From: Chlorokybus atmophyticus
Lineage: Eukaryota > Plantae > Mesostigma and Chlorokybus algae
Direction of reading: 5' to 3'
Assembly (NCBI GenBank): GCA_009103225.1
Contig: RHPI01002823.1
Coordinates: forward strand, 702,164-766,163
Length of the DNA stretch: 64,000 bases
The stretch's first letter is position 1. Each line of letters begins with the position of its first letter. This document shows positions 1-19,100 of the stretch, one piece after another. The translations under genes and the position numbers were made by a program. The notes under the pieces were generated by a model that saw nothing but the letters and a program-made list of their open reading frames with translations, made no database searches and was not told the origin of the DNA.

Positions 1-524
1 ACAATCATATAAACAATGAATTCATGCGCCAAGACCAGCGCTAACACATACTTGCATTGCACTTAGCCAAATTGTCTTTGTAAAGCCCTCGCTTGAATCA
101 ATTTGCTCACCCTGTTCGGCCTGCTCTTGGCTTGCTGTGTGTGCATGTGCAGTGCACATTGTGCACGCACTTTGCATCTATCGGAAAGCCTATAATTATC
201 AGCACACTACACATTACACGCAACGTCTCAAGCATGTCAGTGGGTAAGTGTAAATCATGGCATAAAAGAACATTCAGCACGCCATGAGCGTCGTTTTCAC
301 CAATTGTCAATGGTATGGTTCTATCACCAAGTGTCAATGGTACCATCATTCGTAACTTCCCTCGAGGTACTATCCGCATCAAACGCCACGCCACGTGGAC
401 CATTCCCCTACGCCGCTCCTCAAGTCACGTGACCCCTCCTCCTCGACCACCACCTCCCTGCCCAGGCCGGCGGCGGCGGCGGCGGCGGCGACGACGTAAA
501 GGAAGAAAATACCACTTCACAGCC

Positions 525-7593
<7,069 letters not shown>

Positions 7594-7992
7594 TGATGGA
7601 TAACGGTGTTGATGTTGTTGTTGCTGCGGTGTTGGGTTAGTGACTGAGTACTAATGAGGCGCGCGAAGTCTGCAACTTGCTTCAAGTTTGTGATGCAATC
7701 ACAGTAAAATGCATGGCAATGCTTGCGCAATTCAATGCGATCTACCCTCGCTGAGAGCATACTATGCATCCCGCACCATCTCGCTCTTGGCAAGGTTATG
7801 CTCTTGGCATTCAAAAGACTCACATGCTTTTCAATGTAAAAAAAATCATTATCCTATGGTGGGATTCATGCCATGCGCTCAACCCATCACGCTTTACTCA
7901 TCACGGCCATTGCCCAGACCATCACGTCATGCTCCCCCGTTGATAGCATATGCTCAATAAAAACCATGGAAGTTTCACATATATATATATAT

Positions 7993-8283
7993 NNNNNNNN
8001 NNNNNNNNNNNNNNNNNNNNNNNNNNNNNNNNNNNNNNNNNNNNNNNNNNNNNNNNNNNNNNNNNNNNNNNNNNNNNNNNNNNNNNNNNNNNNNNNNNNN
8101 NNNNNNNNNNNNNNNNNNNNNNNNNNNNNNNNNNNNNNNNNNNNNNNNNNNNNNNNNNNNNNNNNNNNNNNNNNNNNNNNNNNNNNNNNNNNNNNNNNNN
8201 NNNNNNNNNNNNNNNNNNNNNNNNNNNNNNNNNNNNNNNNNNNNNNNNNNNNNNNNNNNNNNNNNNNNNNNNNNNNNNNNNNN
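7993..8283. other. Assembly gap (291 N)
   Basis: Run of N preceded by a short (AT)n. Confidence 1.
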
Positions 8284-9844
8284 TTCCAAGGCACACAAAC
8301 TACATGCTCTTTGTGCCAAGCACACTCAAGCCACCGTTTTTCCCTATGCTTGAGACATTGGGTATTGTCACTATCCCATCCATTACTAATAGCGGCTAGT
8401 AGCGGGATCAAATCAAAGCCAAATTGCTTAGCGGGGGTAAACCTTCACAGTATTCTTGCAAACATGGATCAGGCACTTACGGGCAAATGCTAGCTCTCAA
8501 TAGCACAACTTGAAGGCACTGCTAATATCTGTGCGGTAATGGCAAGCTACTAGGCGCACACGCGCGTGGTTGCAATGATAACACTATGCAAAAAAAAAAC
8601 ACTTAAGTTGGTCAGCCTCAACAAAGACATGCTGAAGAAGGTGAACGTGGAGTATATTTATGTACACTTATTCATAGCAGGCTTTGCACCATCATTGCGA
8701 GTAGCTACTTGCATGCCAAGCAATGCATGTGTTATTGGTCATAAAAACCGATATCGCATGTAATGTGCATTTTTACGGAAACAATTATGTAACATGCATG
8801 TCTCATGTGCGTATGTGCCATATGGTGTGTGTGTAAAGTGTGAGCGTGTGTGCTGTGAGTTAAAAATGGACTGCTAGCCGTTTAGATAATTTGTAGGTTG
8901 CATTGCCAATGTAATAACTTATGATGATAACAGATAAGCAGCTAGTGCATGCATTTGTGAGGAGTTTGATGATGACCACCAGCTTACAAGCTACATTATA
9001 GGGTAGATACCTATAGTAAATCGTTATTAATTTAAAAATATAGCTAATGTATAATGTCTTATATCCATATATGTTGCGAGGATTATACGCGCTTCACGCT
9101 ATGTACATCTTACGTATCAGCCACATCCTTACAAGATGTCAAAATGAAAATTGCATCGTAATAATTGTTTGTACGTATAAGTTATACGTTATATAAACTG
9201 CTACGTGCTTACAAATATATATACATGTGGACATAGTATTTTATTGTGCAAATGTAAAACACATCCGCATAAGAAACCCTTTTATGAACTTTGTATGTAA
9301 TAATTGGTAAGACTTGCAATTGTCATTGACATGCACCACCACTTACCGCATAACTAATCAAGCATAAAGCATTAGTATTGGTAATGTTTTTAGCCTACCG
9401 CATACAAAAAGCATTACCCATGTGCGAATAACTGCACATGCCGTGTATGTGCAATTATCTGCACTGCATAATGCTATGATTTGGTTCCAACATGGTTAAA
9501 GTTGACTTCAAATTAAAGTACATTCAAAAATGTGCTTATCAACATGCATGCTATTGACTACTAATAAACACTACTTAAAAAGCTTTAACTTATATATTAT
9601 TTAATATTATCATTATTACAACAAGCGTTAAAAATTGCTCACCATGACGTTGTGGTGGCATTGGTGGTCACCTTCTTGCTGCGTGCTTATTTACGTGCTA
9701 GCTGCGTGTTACAACCGTCGTTGCTCCAAGAGACAATCGTAGCACAATCGTAACAGCATAAGGCGGTTTGCGTGTACACAGAATATTACAGATTGCACCG
9801 GTATGCATGATGCGTATTCCCGACACACGTGCGTGCTTGCACTA

Positions 9845-9892
9845 CATGTGGGTGTGACACGTATGCTGGGCCATACGTGTCACACCCACATG
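9845..9892. repeat. Perfect 21-bp inverted repeat with 6-nt loop
   Basis: CATGTGGGTGTGACACGTATG-ctgggc-CATACGTGTCACACCCACATG; imperfect pairing continues outward (GCTTGC/GCAAGC). Confidence 0.95.
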
Positions 9893-9918
9893 CAACGCAA
9901 GCGCGCGTGCGCGCGTAC

Positions 9919-10471
<553 letters not shown>

Positions 10472-12167
10472 TAACCACAACGTGAACTGTGCTGACTACA
10501 AAACTTACATGACGGATTTCCGCATTGCGCGCACTTGCACGCACAAGCGCGTACGCACGCACCCATATGCGCTCGCCCACCCACATACCGACTAGGCGGC
10601 GCCCACCCACCCATGTCCGCGAGGGTATCCACATGCGCTCCCCGTGTGCACGCAAGCACATCTTGGCTCGAGCCAACGTAAGAGCACTTGCGTTGCACGG
10701 CTATCTTCCTATCTTACTACCAAACATTGCAGCGCTCTGCACCATTGGCCCTAAGGAGTTGGCACGCCTTCGGCTCCCGACGCTCACCCCGCATGCGATC
10801 CGCACGCTGCGCCTTGTGCAACAGCTCCTCGGCGTGCGCTTCCACTTCCAGCCGGAGCCTATTAGCGGGATCGAGTTTGCGTCGTGCCTGAGGATCCGGA
10901 GCGGTCATCGGAACCTAGCCAAGAAGCTCGCTCAAGGTGTTGATGTGGTATTGTTGCTGTGGGGGGAGATGGGTGGGTGGGAGCCAGTTGAGTTTCTCGT
11001 TGCTGAGGTTATGTGCACAAGTGTCTAGTTGTATATGTAGTTTGCTGGCAAGAGGCTGCTGCGTGCGTGTGTGCATGGGTTCGGGGAGGTCAGAGGGGCT
11101 GATACGCGTCATCAGCTATGATGATGTTCATGCATTCATAGAAGGGAACCTATGTCACATGTTGGAAACTTTTCAACTGTTATATGCTGTGCTATACCCT
11201 ATGCTTGCTTGCTATTGCCTGCTGTCTCACACTAACCGCCCGCGTGTGTGTGAGCCCCTGCCGTTGCTGCTTATGCTAGCCTAGGTGGTTGTATAGATAG
11301 TGTTGGCTTGGTTAGTGCTGGAATGTACAGGATATGCGCGAGACAATGTGTAGGGTATAGTATTGAGGTAACCAGCCAGTAGCAGAGCAAACAGGACAAG
11401 GCAGGGCATACAGCATGTATCAGAAGAAAGGACAAGCAAGCAGCACAAGTAGCTAAGGGGCTGGGTTCCTATATGCGTGCAGTACAACTAGGCAAGACCA
11501 GGCAGGGGGAGGTAAGGGAGGGCTGGATCTGTGTGTGTACCAGTGGTTGTTGAAGCTTGATAATTGTTACAATGCATGTCGACATGTCGTATCAGTGTCT
11601 TTGCCTATGCAAAGCATGCAGCAACAGGAAACGATGCATTGCAGTAAATTCGGGCGCATGCGTGGAAGCGGTATAGGGCAGTGTTGTGCGCAAGCAGATT
11701 GCATTCGCTGTTGCATGAGTAGTGAATGATAGTTTGCAGATTCACATCCACTATTGCAATCCGTGGCAAAGCAACATATGGCGGGAGTCTACATGACAAT
11801 GAGCACAACATGTGTGACTGGTTCTTTTACCCACTGTGCACAGCATGCGATGCCAGTGCAGTGCAGTGATCACGACTGTCTTTATAAAGTTTGTCTACAA
11901 TAGTATGCAGTAAAGTCTTGCAAACTCTGCAGCCTTGTGTGGCTTGGATGCATTCAAGAGTGCAGCCCGGTCTGCTGGTGACCCTTGGCGTGCAAAATGC
12001 ACTATCCACTCAGTCCTTGCTACTCAAGTTGACAAAATGATGCTTGAAGTAACTGTTAAACCCGTAACAGTTGCAATCAATACCGTTGACCCAGGCAAGG
12101 ACACTGCACAAGCACCATCAGCCAGGATGCACGATTACATGAACCACACATACTGCAATAAATTTAC

Positions 12168-15100
12168 TCAATCGCTATGTACATCGCGGTCCAAGTGACT
12201 GCTGTGGGTTCTTAGAGGCGTGGGGGGAGAGGGTGTATGTGGTGTGAGCACACTGAGCATGGGTGGACAAGAGCCCACTGCACTGGGGCGGGCCATGGCC
12301 GTGACACTGTCCTCCGGGAGGGGCGGTCGTAGCGGCGACTGGACATGGTGAAAGGGCGGGAACTGTACCACAGATGAGTCCAGTCCTGAGTGGGGGCCAG
12401 GCCAGGACCCGGAGAGGGGGTCTGCGGCATCTGCGGAGATTCTATGCGGGCGAGACATCAGCGGGGACTTCACCCTGGGCGACTCGTGCAAGACTGTCGA
12501 AGACATGAGGAAGCGAGACTGCGATAAAGAATTTGGGAAAGAGTTGCTGCGGTGTGGCGGGTCGGAGTTGGAGCGGGGTTTGGGGAGAGCGCTCCAATCA
12601 ATTGAGGAGCGGGAGGGAGGAGCGTGTTCGTTGGCCCGGTGTTTGGAAGAAGGCTGAGAGAGTGGTGGCCTGGGTGCGGGCGGTGAGTAGTTTGCTGCTG
12701 GGGACTGCCAGCTGTCAATCATTCTTTGCAGCTCTTCTTTCCAGCCGAGAAGCTCCGCTAACGACCAGATTCCATCATCGCTGTCACCAAGATACTTGGC
12801 GTCACGATAGTTGGTTGCTTCATGAAAGTCAAAGTAGTCCCCACCGAAGCCGAGCTGGCGAGCGAAAGGGTTGACCTCACCCACCACTTCCCGATTGATC
12901 AGCAACCGTGGAGTACATTTGTCAACTCGTTTAATCAGCGATGCGAACGGCTCGACCGAGAGGGACGTGCCGAGAACCATCAGCAGGTCACACTCGGGAA
13001 AATCCTGTTGCATCAGGTCGAAGAAGCGCCGGGGGAGAGACTCGCCGAAGAAGACGATGTCGGGCTTGACCAGCCCCCCGCACGAGAGACACCGTGCGAT
13101 GCGGCTGCTGAAGATGGCGTGCTTGACATAATCCAAGTCGTGCTCCCGCTTGCAATCAGCCTGGATGCAATGTGCACCCGCAAAAGAGCCGTGTGCCTCC
13201 ACGAGAGCCTGCAAAAATCAGCAACATGATTAAGATTGATTGTCAAACCATAAATCACAATGCACAATGTTCGAGCATTCAAATACTAACCTCTCCAGGG
13301 ACCCCTGCTTGGCGCTCAAGCGTATCAATGTTTTGCGTGTAGTTGCGCAGAAGGAGCCCCTTCTCGTGCAGCAACCGCACGAAGAAGTGCGTTGGCGTGG
13401 GTCTGTAGTTGCCGGGGAAGAGCTCGCGCGCTAATAGGTAGAAAGGGGAAGGGTTCTCAGCAAAGTAGCTAAGCTCAAAGACTGCCTCTGGGTGAGGCAA
13501 GTTATACTTCTGCAGATTGTCATACAGCCCTGTCATAAACAACAGTGTCAGCAACTGGAAGTCTAAACTAGCACCAACATGACACATGAAACAGCTTGCA
13601 CACTTGTATACCTGTTCCTGGGGAGCGGAAGTCAGGGATGCCAGCGCTAACACTAATGCCGGCTCCCGACATGACTACAATGCGCCTTGCTTTGCCAGAG
13701 AGAATGAGCTGCGCGATGCCGGCAAGGTCGAACGACTGTAGAAGGGGCTGGTATTTACGTTGGAGGGGCGCTTGAAATAAATGAGGGCTCGAGGAGGCTA
13801 ACTCAGCATACATGGCCGCTCTTTTAGAGGCTGGCAAGTAGTTGACTGCCATTGAGGCGGATCAGCACTTGCATGCAATACCCACAAGCACAGACTGCGT
13901 GCAACACACGACAGCTTGCATTGCCACAATTAAGTAGTAGCGTACATGGATCACCATCGCTGTCTTCGTCTTCTTCGTCCTCACACTCTGAGAACTCAGC
14001 ATCTAGCACATCTGCATCACTATCGCCGTCATCAGCACCCACAGAAGCAGGCACTTCCATGTCCTGGTCGCGCATGTGATGATCATCTTCCAAATGATGT
14101 GCTTCTTGGTGTGGGTGGCTGCCAGGCTCAGCACAATGCTGCGCTTCTACTTCATTGATGCAGTGTAGCCTGGGTGCTTCACCCACACAGCTTTGCATCA
14201 GCAAATGAAGCTGGTCTTGTGGAAAGACAAAGTCATCGTGGGAGGAGGCATCGTCGTGCATGCTGTGTGGGTCTAAGTGCAACTCCATGAGCAGCTCATC
14301 CTCTGCCAAGCCAATCCAATGTCAGGATCCCATTCAATCCCAACATGCCACACCGAGTGGTAGCGTGTAAACAGAAGACAATGCACACACCTGAAGCAAT
14401 GTCTGGCGCTGAAGTGTCATTTTCAAATGAGTCATTGCTGTTGGCGCCGTGGTCAAGCAACTCTGTGGGAACTGGCTTCTTACGAACTGCGCTCTGCAGC
14501 AACTCCAGTGTGGAAGCCAAGGCCTGCATGCATGCGCAGCCACTGAGAATCCGCAATTGCATAGTTGTTGTGCAGGCTGAAGAGCGTGCGCAATGAAGAG
14601 TTTGACATGTGATGGTGATCGTGAGAAGCTGCATGCAAAAGCAAGTATGCGCATGACGAGCATTTCCTTTGTGCTGACTACTAGCCGGGAAACAGCATGC
14701 TCGCGTGTATGCCAATCTTTGCGACGCAGACCACACAGTGACATGCAACTGTACAGTTCACAAACAAATGCACTCAGACATGATGTCAGAACTTCAAGCA
14801 CAATGCTCTGCATGAACGCTTGTTGCAATACCGCACTGCGCATGCTATCCCCACTTCACAGGCATGCACAAGCATGCATGCAAGGTTCAAGTACATACAC
14901 ATCAACGCTACGTGTACAGCTGTTGAGCAGCTCCTGCAATTGAGGTTCAACCAGCAACTGCAATTGAGCAACAGATTGAGGTGCATGGCATACCTTGTCA
15001 TGAACAGGGCCGTTGCAGCGGTAGCACCATACGAGCAGGTCTCTAAGACTGATGGCACATGTGTGGCAGGCTGCTGCCTCATGAGCTGCAGCTTGTTGCC

Positions 15101-15492
15101 TGCCAGTCATGTCACAGGCGCCGTCAGAGCCAGACAACGGCAAAGTAAGCCTAAGAATGCTCAGAACAATAACTGAGCAGCCGTAACAGCCTCAGGAACG
15201 CTAGCAGCACGGTGGCAGTTTTGCCAGCTAGCGGCATGTTGCCATCTGAAACCCTAATAAAACCCTAGCCCAAAACCCTAGCTTTGCTGCAAGCAGTGAA
15301 AACGAGCAAACCAGCGGATAGAAAGCTGCTTTCACACCTTCCGTCAACGATGGCATGGCATGTGAGGCATAGCCAGGCGTCGTCGCTGCGGGCGGCGGCG
15401 GCGGCAGCCCGGTGGGCGTCCTGACGGTCCAACACCATCAGGGCGCCCCACAGGTGTGTACAGCGGGGGGAATAAGCTGAAAGTTGGTCCAT
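12168..15492 (-). CDS. SIRT2: Class I (SIRT2/Hst2-like) NAD-dependent deacetylase with N-terminal ZnF-UBP domain
   Basis: Sirtuin motifs: [58 protein letters not shown]-x4-C...[29 protein letters not shown]. Exon 15492-15339 ([14 protein letters not shown]...[13 protein letters not shown]) and the next exon ([25 protein letters not shown]) splice in frame and match ZnF-UBP. An acidic linker lies at about 14300-13950. Confidence 0.9.
15249..15280. promoter_or_regulatory. Cluster of three telo-boxes (AAACCCTA) in sirtuin intron 1
   Basis: AAACCCTA occurs three times in 32 bp; another TTAGGGTTT lies at 15566-15574 in the divergent promoter. Confidence 0.55.
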
Positions 15493-16162
15493 GTGTAATC
15501 GAGACAACGGCAAGCGGCGGCAATTGTTTACTTGCCGCCGCCGACGCCTGTACCGCCGCCGCCGCTTAGGGTTTCAGGCCGACCTGGGCGTGGGCGAAGT
15601 TGCCGGGGTCGCTGGGGACGCGAACACCGAGGATCGCGAAGCAGTTGGCTATGGCGGACGTCGCGAAACACCGCTTTTGGACTCAACTACATTCACAGAA
15701 TTAAACATATACCCATCAACCGGCTATAACCGTTTTCCAACGTTGAAAGGCCGAATTTGGGAAGCGTCAGGGACCGGTATAGGCCTATATCCACCAGCAG
15801 ACTTGGGCTGTATTTACTCTTTCTGCTGTCGTGTAGCGAACCTTCTGCGCTATCTGAGCACATCTTGGGTAAAGTTAAAGTAAAAATATATAGACATTAA
15901 CCAAGGCAGCCTTGAACCTGCAGGCTAGACAACGGGCATTCCCGCGTGGACAATTGTACCTTCCACTGATGGTGTGGTCTGGTCAGGTGGGGTGACGCGA
16001 CATGTGTCACGTCAGTTTCAGGCAATGTTCACGAGCTAGTTCGGTCAAACCGGACGAGTATGTGAGCCACTGATCGGGATCAATGGTCCAACCCTAGGCT
16101 AGGCTCTGGTGCAGCCTGGTCTGGTCTGGTCTGGCCTGGTGCCGCCAGGCCAGGCGGCAGCC

Positions 16163-19100
16163 ATGAAGAAGTTTTTGTCCAAGAGTAGGGAGTTGGCAAC
16201 AAACCTGGCCAGCAACCTGCCAGCGACGTGGGAGATCCCGGCAACAGCGACCAGCAGTGGGCCCACCTCGCCGGTCGCCTCGCCGCCTGGCACTGGAGGC
16301 AAAGAGCACTCGCCACGCGGATCGGGCGCAGCACCTTCACCTGTACCTTACATCAGGTCTGTGCGTGCTAATGGGCATGCACTTTTCCGCTAGTGGCAGT
16401 TGCTGTACTTTGCTATGTTGGTCGTTAGTTTGACCATCACGTGTGAGACACCGAGTGGTTAGCGTGTAACCAACCAACATCCCCTGTCGTTCAACCAGTC
16501 AGTGGCGCATACGGTGTGTGTGTCGAGGAGTTCTCTAAGGCAGACATCGTGTTGAGCTCGAAGGATGATGTTGCGTCGTTGTAACAATGCGCAAGACCTC
16601 ACCGTGTGCTTATTCACACCTTAACTGGAAGTATTGAGAAATGCTGAGTTGGGCCAGCTGTGACCGTGCATGTTGCAACGCAGACTTCCTATTGAGAGCG
16701 CGAAGAAGCTGAAGTGGTATGATCAGCAGGAGTTGAGTGAGCTGATCAAGATCCACACGGAGGAGCAGCAGCAGGTATGCCTCAAGCATTGTGGGCGCAT
16801 GAGTGTTGGTACAATTACGTATTGAGTAATGCAGCTCACGTTTATGTAGTGTTAGCAGCTCACACGACCAGTTCTGTTGTGTACTGTCCATGCCATGTGT
16901 GTTTGTAGCGGTAGGTTGTTCACTGCTTCCTTGCAAGTGAATGCATGCACGCAATCAACCACTTGTCACCACTTGCCACCACCAGGTTTTCAAAGAAAAT
17001 GACGCGCTGCGCGCCCTGTTGTTGCGCAATGTGACAGAGGAGCAGCTTGAACGGCGACTGGAGCGCATCCGCAATGCTGGCGCAGGGGCTGCAGCTGTCC
17101 GCCAAAGCGAGGACGATGTCAATCGGGTCCTGCTGCTCTCTGCTCAGGTACAGATTGGGATAAAGTCAGATATTTACACGTGCGACTCCAGTGTCACACG
17201 AGTGTGCTGGTTCTGGTGCAAACCTCCATCATAAGTTTTGCGTCTAAGCAGCTGCAGTCAATTGGGCTCTTCAAATGTGTTAAGTTGCGTAATGCAGGCG
17301 GAAGTACAAAGGCTGCGCGAGGCAGTTGCAAGTTTGCAAGACGACTTACAGGCAGCCGCCTCAACCACAGCGCAAGTGGAGCGGAAGTGGGAGCTGGCGG
17401 ATGACGATGGTGCGCGCCTCAACAGCCCAGACCCGGCATCCACCAGTGAAGCGGGTGTTCAAGAAGAGTTGCGCCAGCTGAGGGTGAGACAAGCAGAGCG
17501 AGCACTCGGTTCATGCATTGGTTTCAGACACAGCTTTTGCTTGGTCTTTGATGTAAGGTGTCGCTTCAGGCGCGGGTGCAAGACAGCGAGAGCCTTGCTG
17601 CGCAGCTTTTGCAGGAACGGGATGGGCTGAATGCCAGCAAGCAGTCTTTGTTGGAAGACTTGGAAGCTGTCACAGCTCGTTTGAGCTCTCTGTCGCTGGG
17701 GGCAGAGGATAAAGCAGTTCAACTCGTGATTAATGTTGGAGAAGCCAGCACAGGCACACATGCTTCCCCTCCAGCTGTCTCAAGTCCGTCCACACATGCT
17801 TCTGCACAAACAGATGCCAACCCTATCGATGAAGCGCAAGGCAGCGAAGCCTTGCAGACAAGAGTTGCACAGTTGCAGGTGAAAAATCCATCTCATCCCA
17901 GTCTCAGTTTGTCAGTTGAGCAATTAGAGTGGACTCTTGCGTTGGCTGCCAAGCGTGAAGCTGCATCATGATTAAATGCTGCACTGTTTGCATGCGCAGG
18001 CGGAGAATCAGGACTTGCAGGCACAGCTGGAGAAGGAGCGGCAGCGAGTGAAAGAGACGCGCAAGAGACTCACTGAAGCCCGCGCTGCAGAAGCGCTTGT
18101 TGGCTCGATTGATGAAGGTAACTTGCTTACTATTGTGGCCATGTGCTTGGATGAGGTCCAGGTAGTGATGTCTTCACACGTCAATGTCGCACCTGTTATT
18201 TTTGGTATACCAAGCTCATACAGTTTGATGTTATAACAGCGGAGTTGTCCAAGTCTACTGCTAGCAGCCCTGGATCGCCAAGGAAGGCGAAGCCGAGTGA
18301 TCCCCTCGGAGCCAACCTGCCTGCTATAAAGACCAGATCTGGCCACAGCGCCGTCGCTGTCGACATCAGCTGGTCTGTCCAGATGCTCCAGGACGCATTC
18401 GCGCCGGGCAAGAAGAAACCAAAGCAGGCGGTGGTTGAGGCAGCTGAGCGTGTTCTGGAGCGACTGCAGTCGTGCAACACTGCCAGCAGTAAGCGCTTGC
18501 TCTCGCCAGAATGGTGACTGCCAGCGTGTGCAAGGTGTACAGTGTGCCTTGCACACTGAGTCTCTTTGTGTGTTGGCAGCATCCAAGCCTTCGTCTCCCA
18601 TGTCACCCCGCCCGGGCTTTTCATATGCGGATGCCGTGCGCACGGAGGTGGAGACTGCTTTGAAGCACAGCCAGTTTGAGGCCAAGCGCGCAACCGAGCT
18701 GGAGGACGAGCTGGTGAAGACCAAGGCAGCCATGCAAGCGCAGCAGCAGGCTTCCGATGCGAAGCGCGCAGAGCTGGAAAACCTCATAGAAGTAGTCAGG
18801 CAGGGTAGCAGCACAACAGTTTTGAAACTGATGGAGCAGCGCGAGGAGCTGGAAGGCCGACTGAACACAGCTCAGAAAGCAGTTGTTGAGAAGGATACAG
18901 AGGTACTGTGTTTGTTGCATGTTGTTCTTAACAAGTTGCAAGTATCCCTACGTGCAGTTGGTTGATTGTTGCATCGATGTATGTCACACAGTTGCGGGAA
19001 CTCGCTCGTCGACTATCAGAGCAGGAAGCGCAGCTAGCAGATGCACGGAAGCAGTTGAGCGTACTCGACAGGGGCAAAGCTGCAAATTCAGAGCTTGCAG

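Noticed and set aside
10655-10700. GIY-YIG-like YVGSSQD peptide
   Set aside because: Only a short match, with no upstream GIY-like motif and no supporting ORF.
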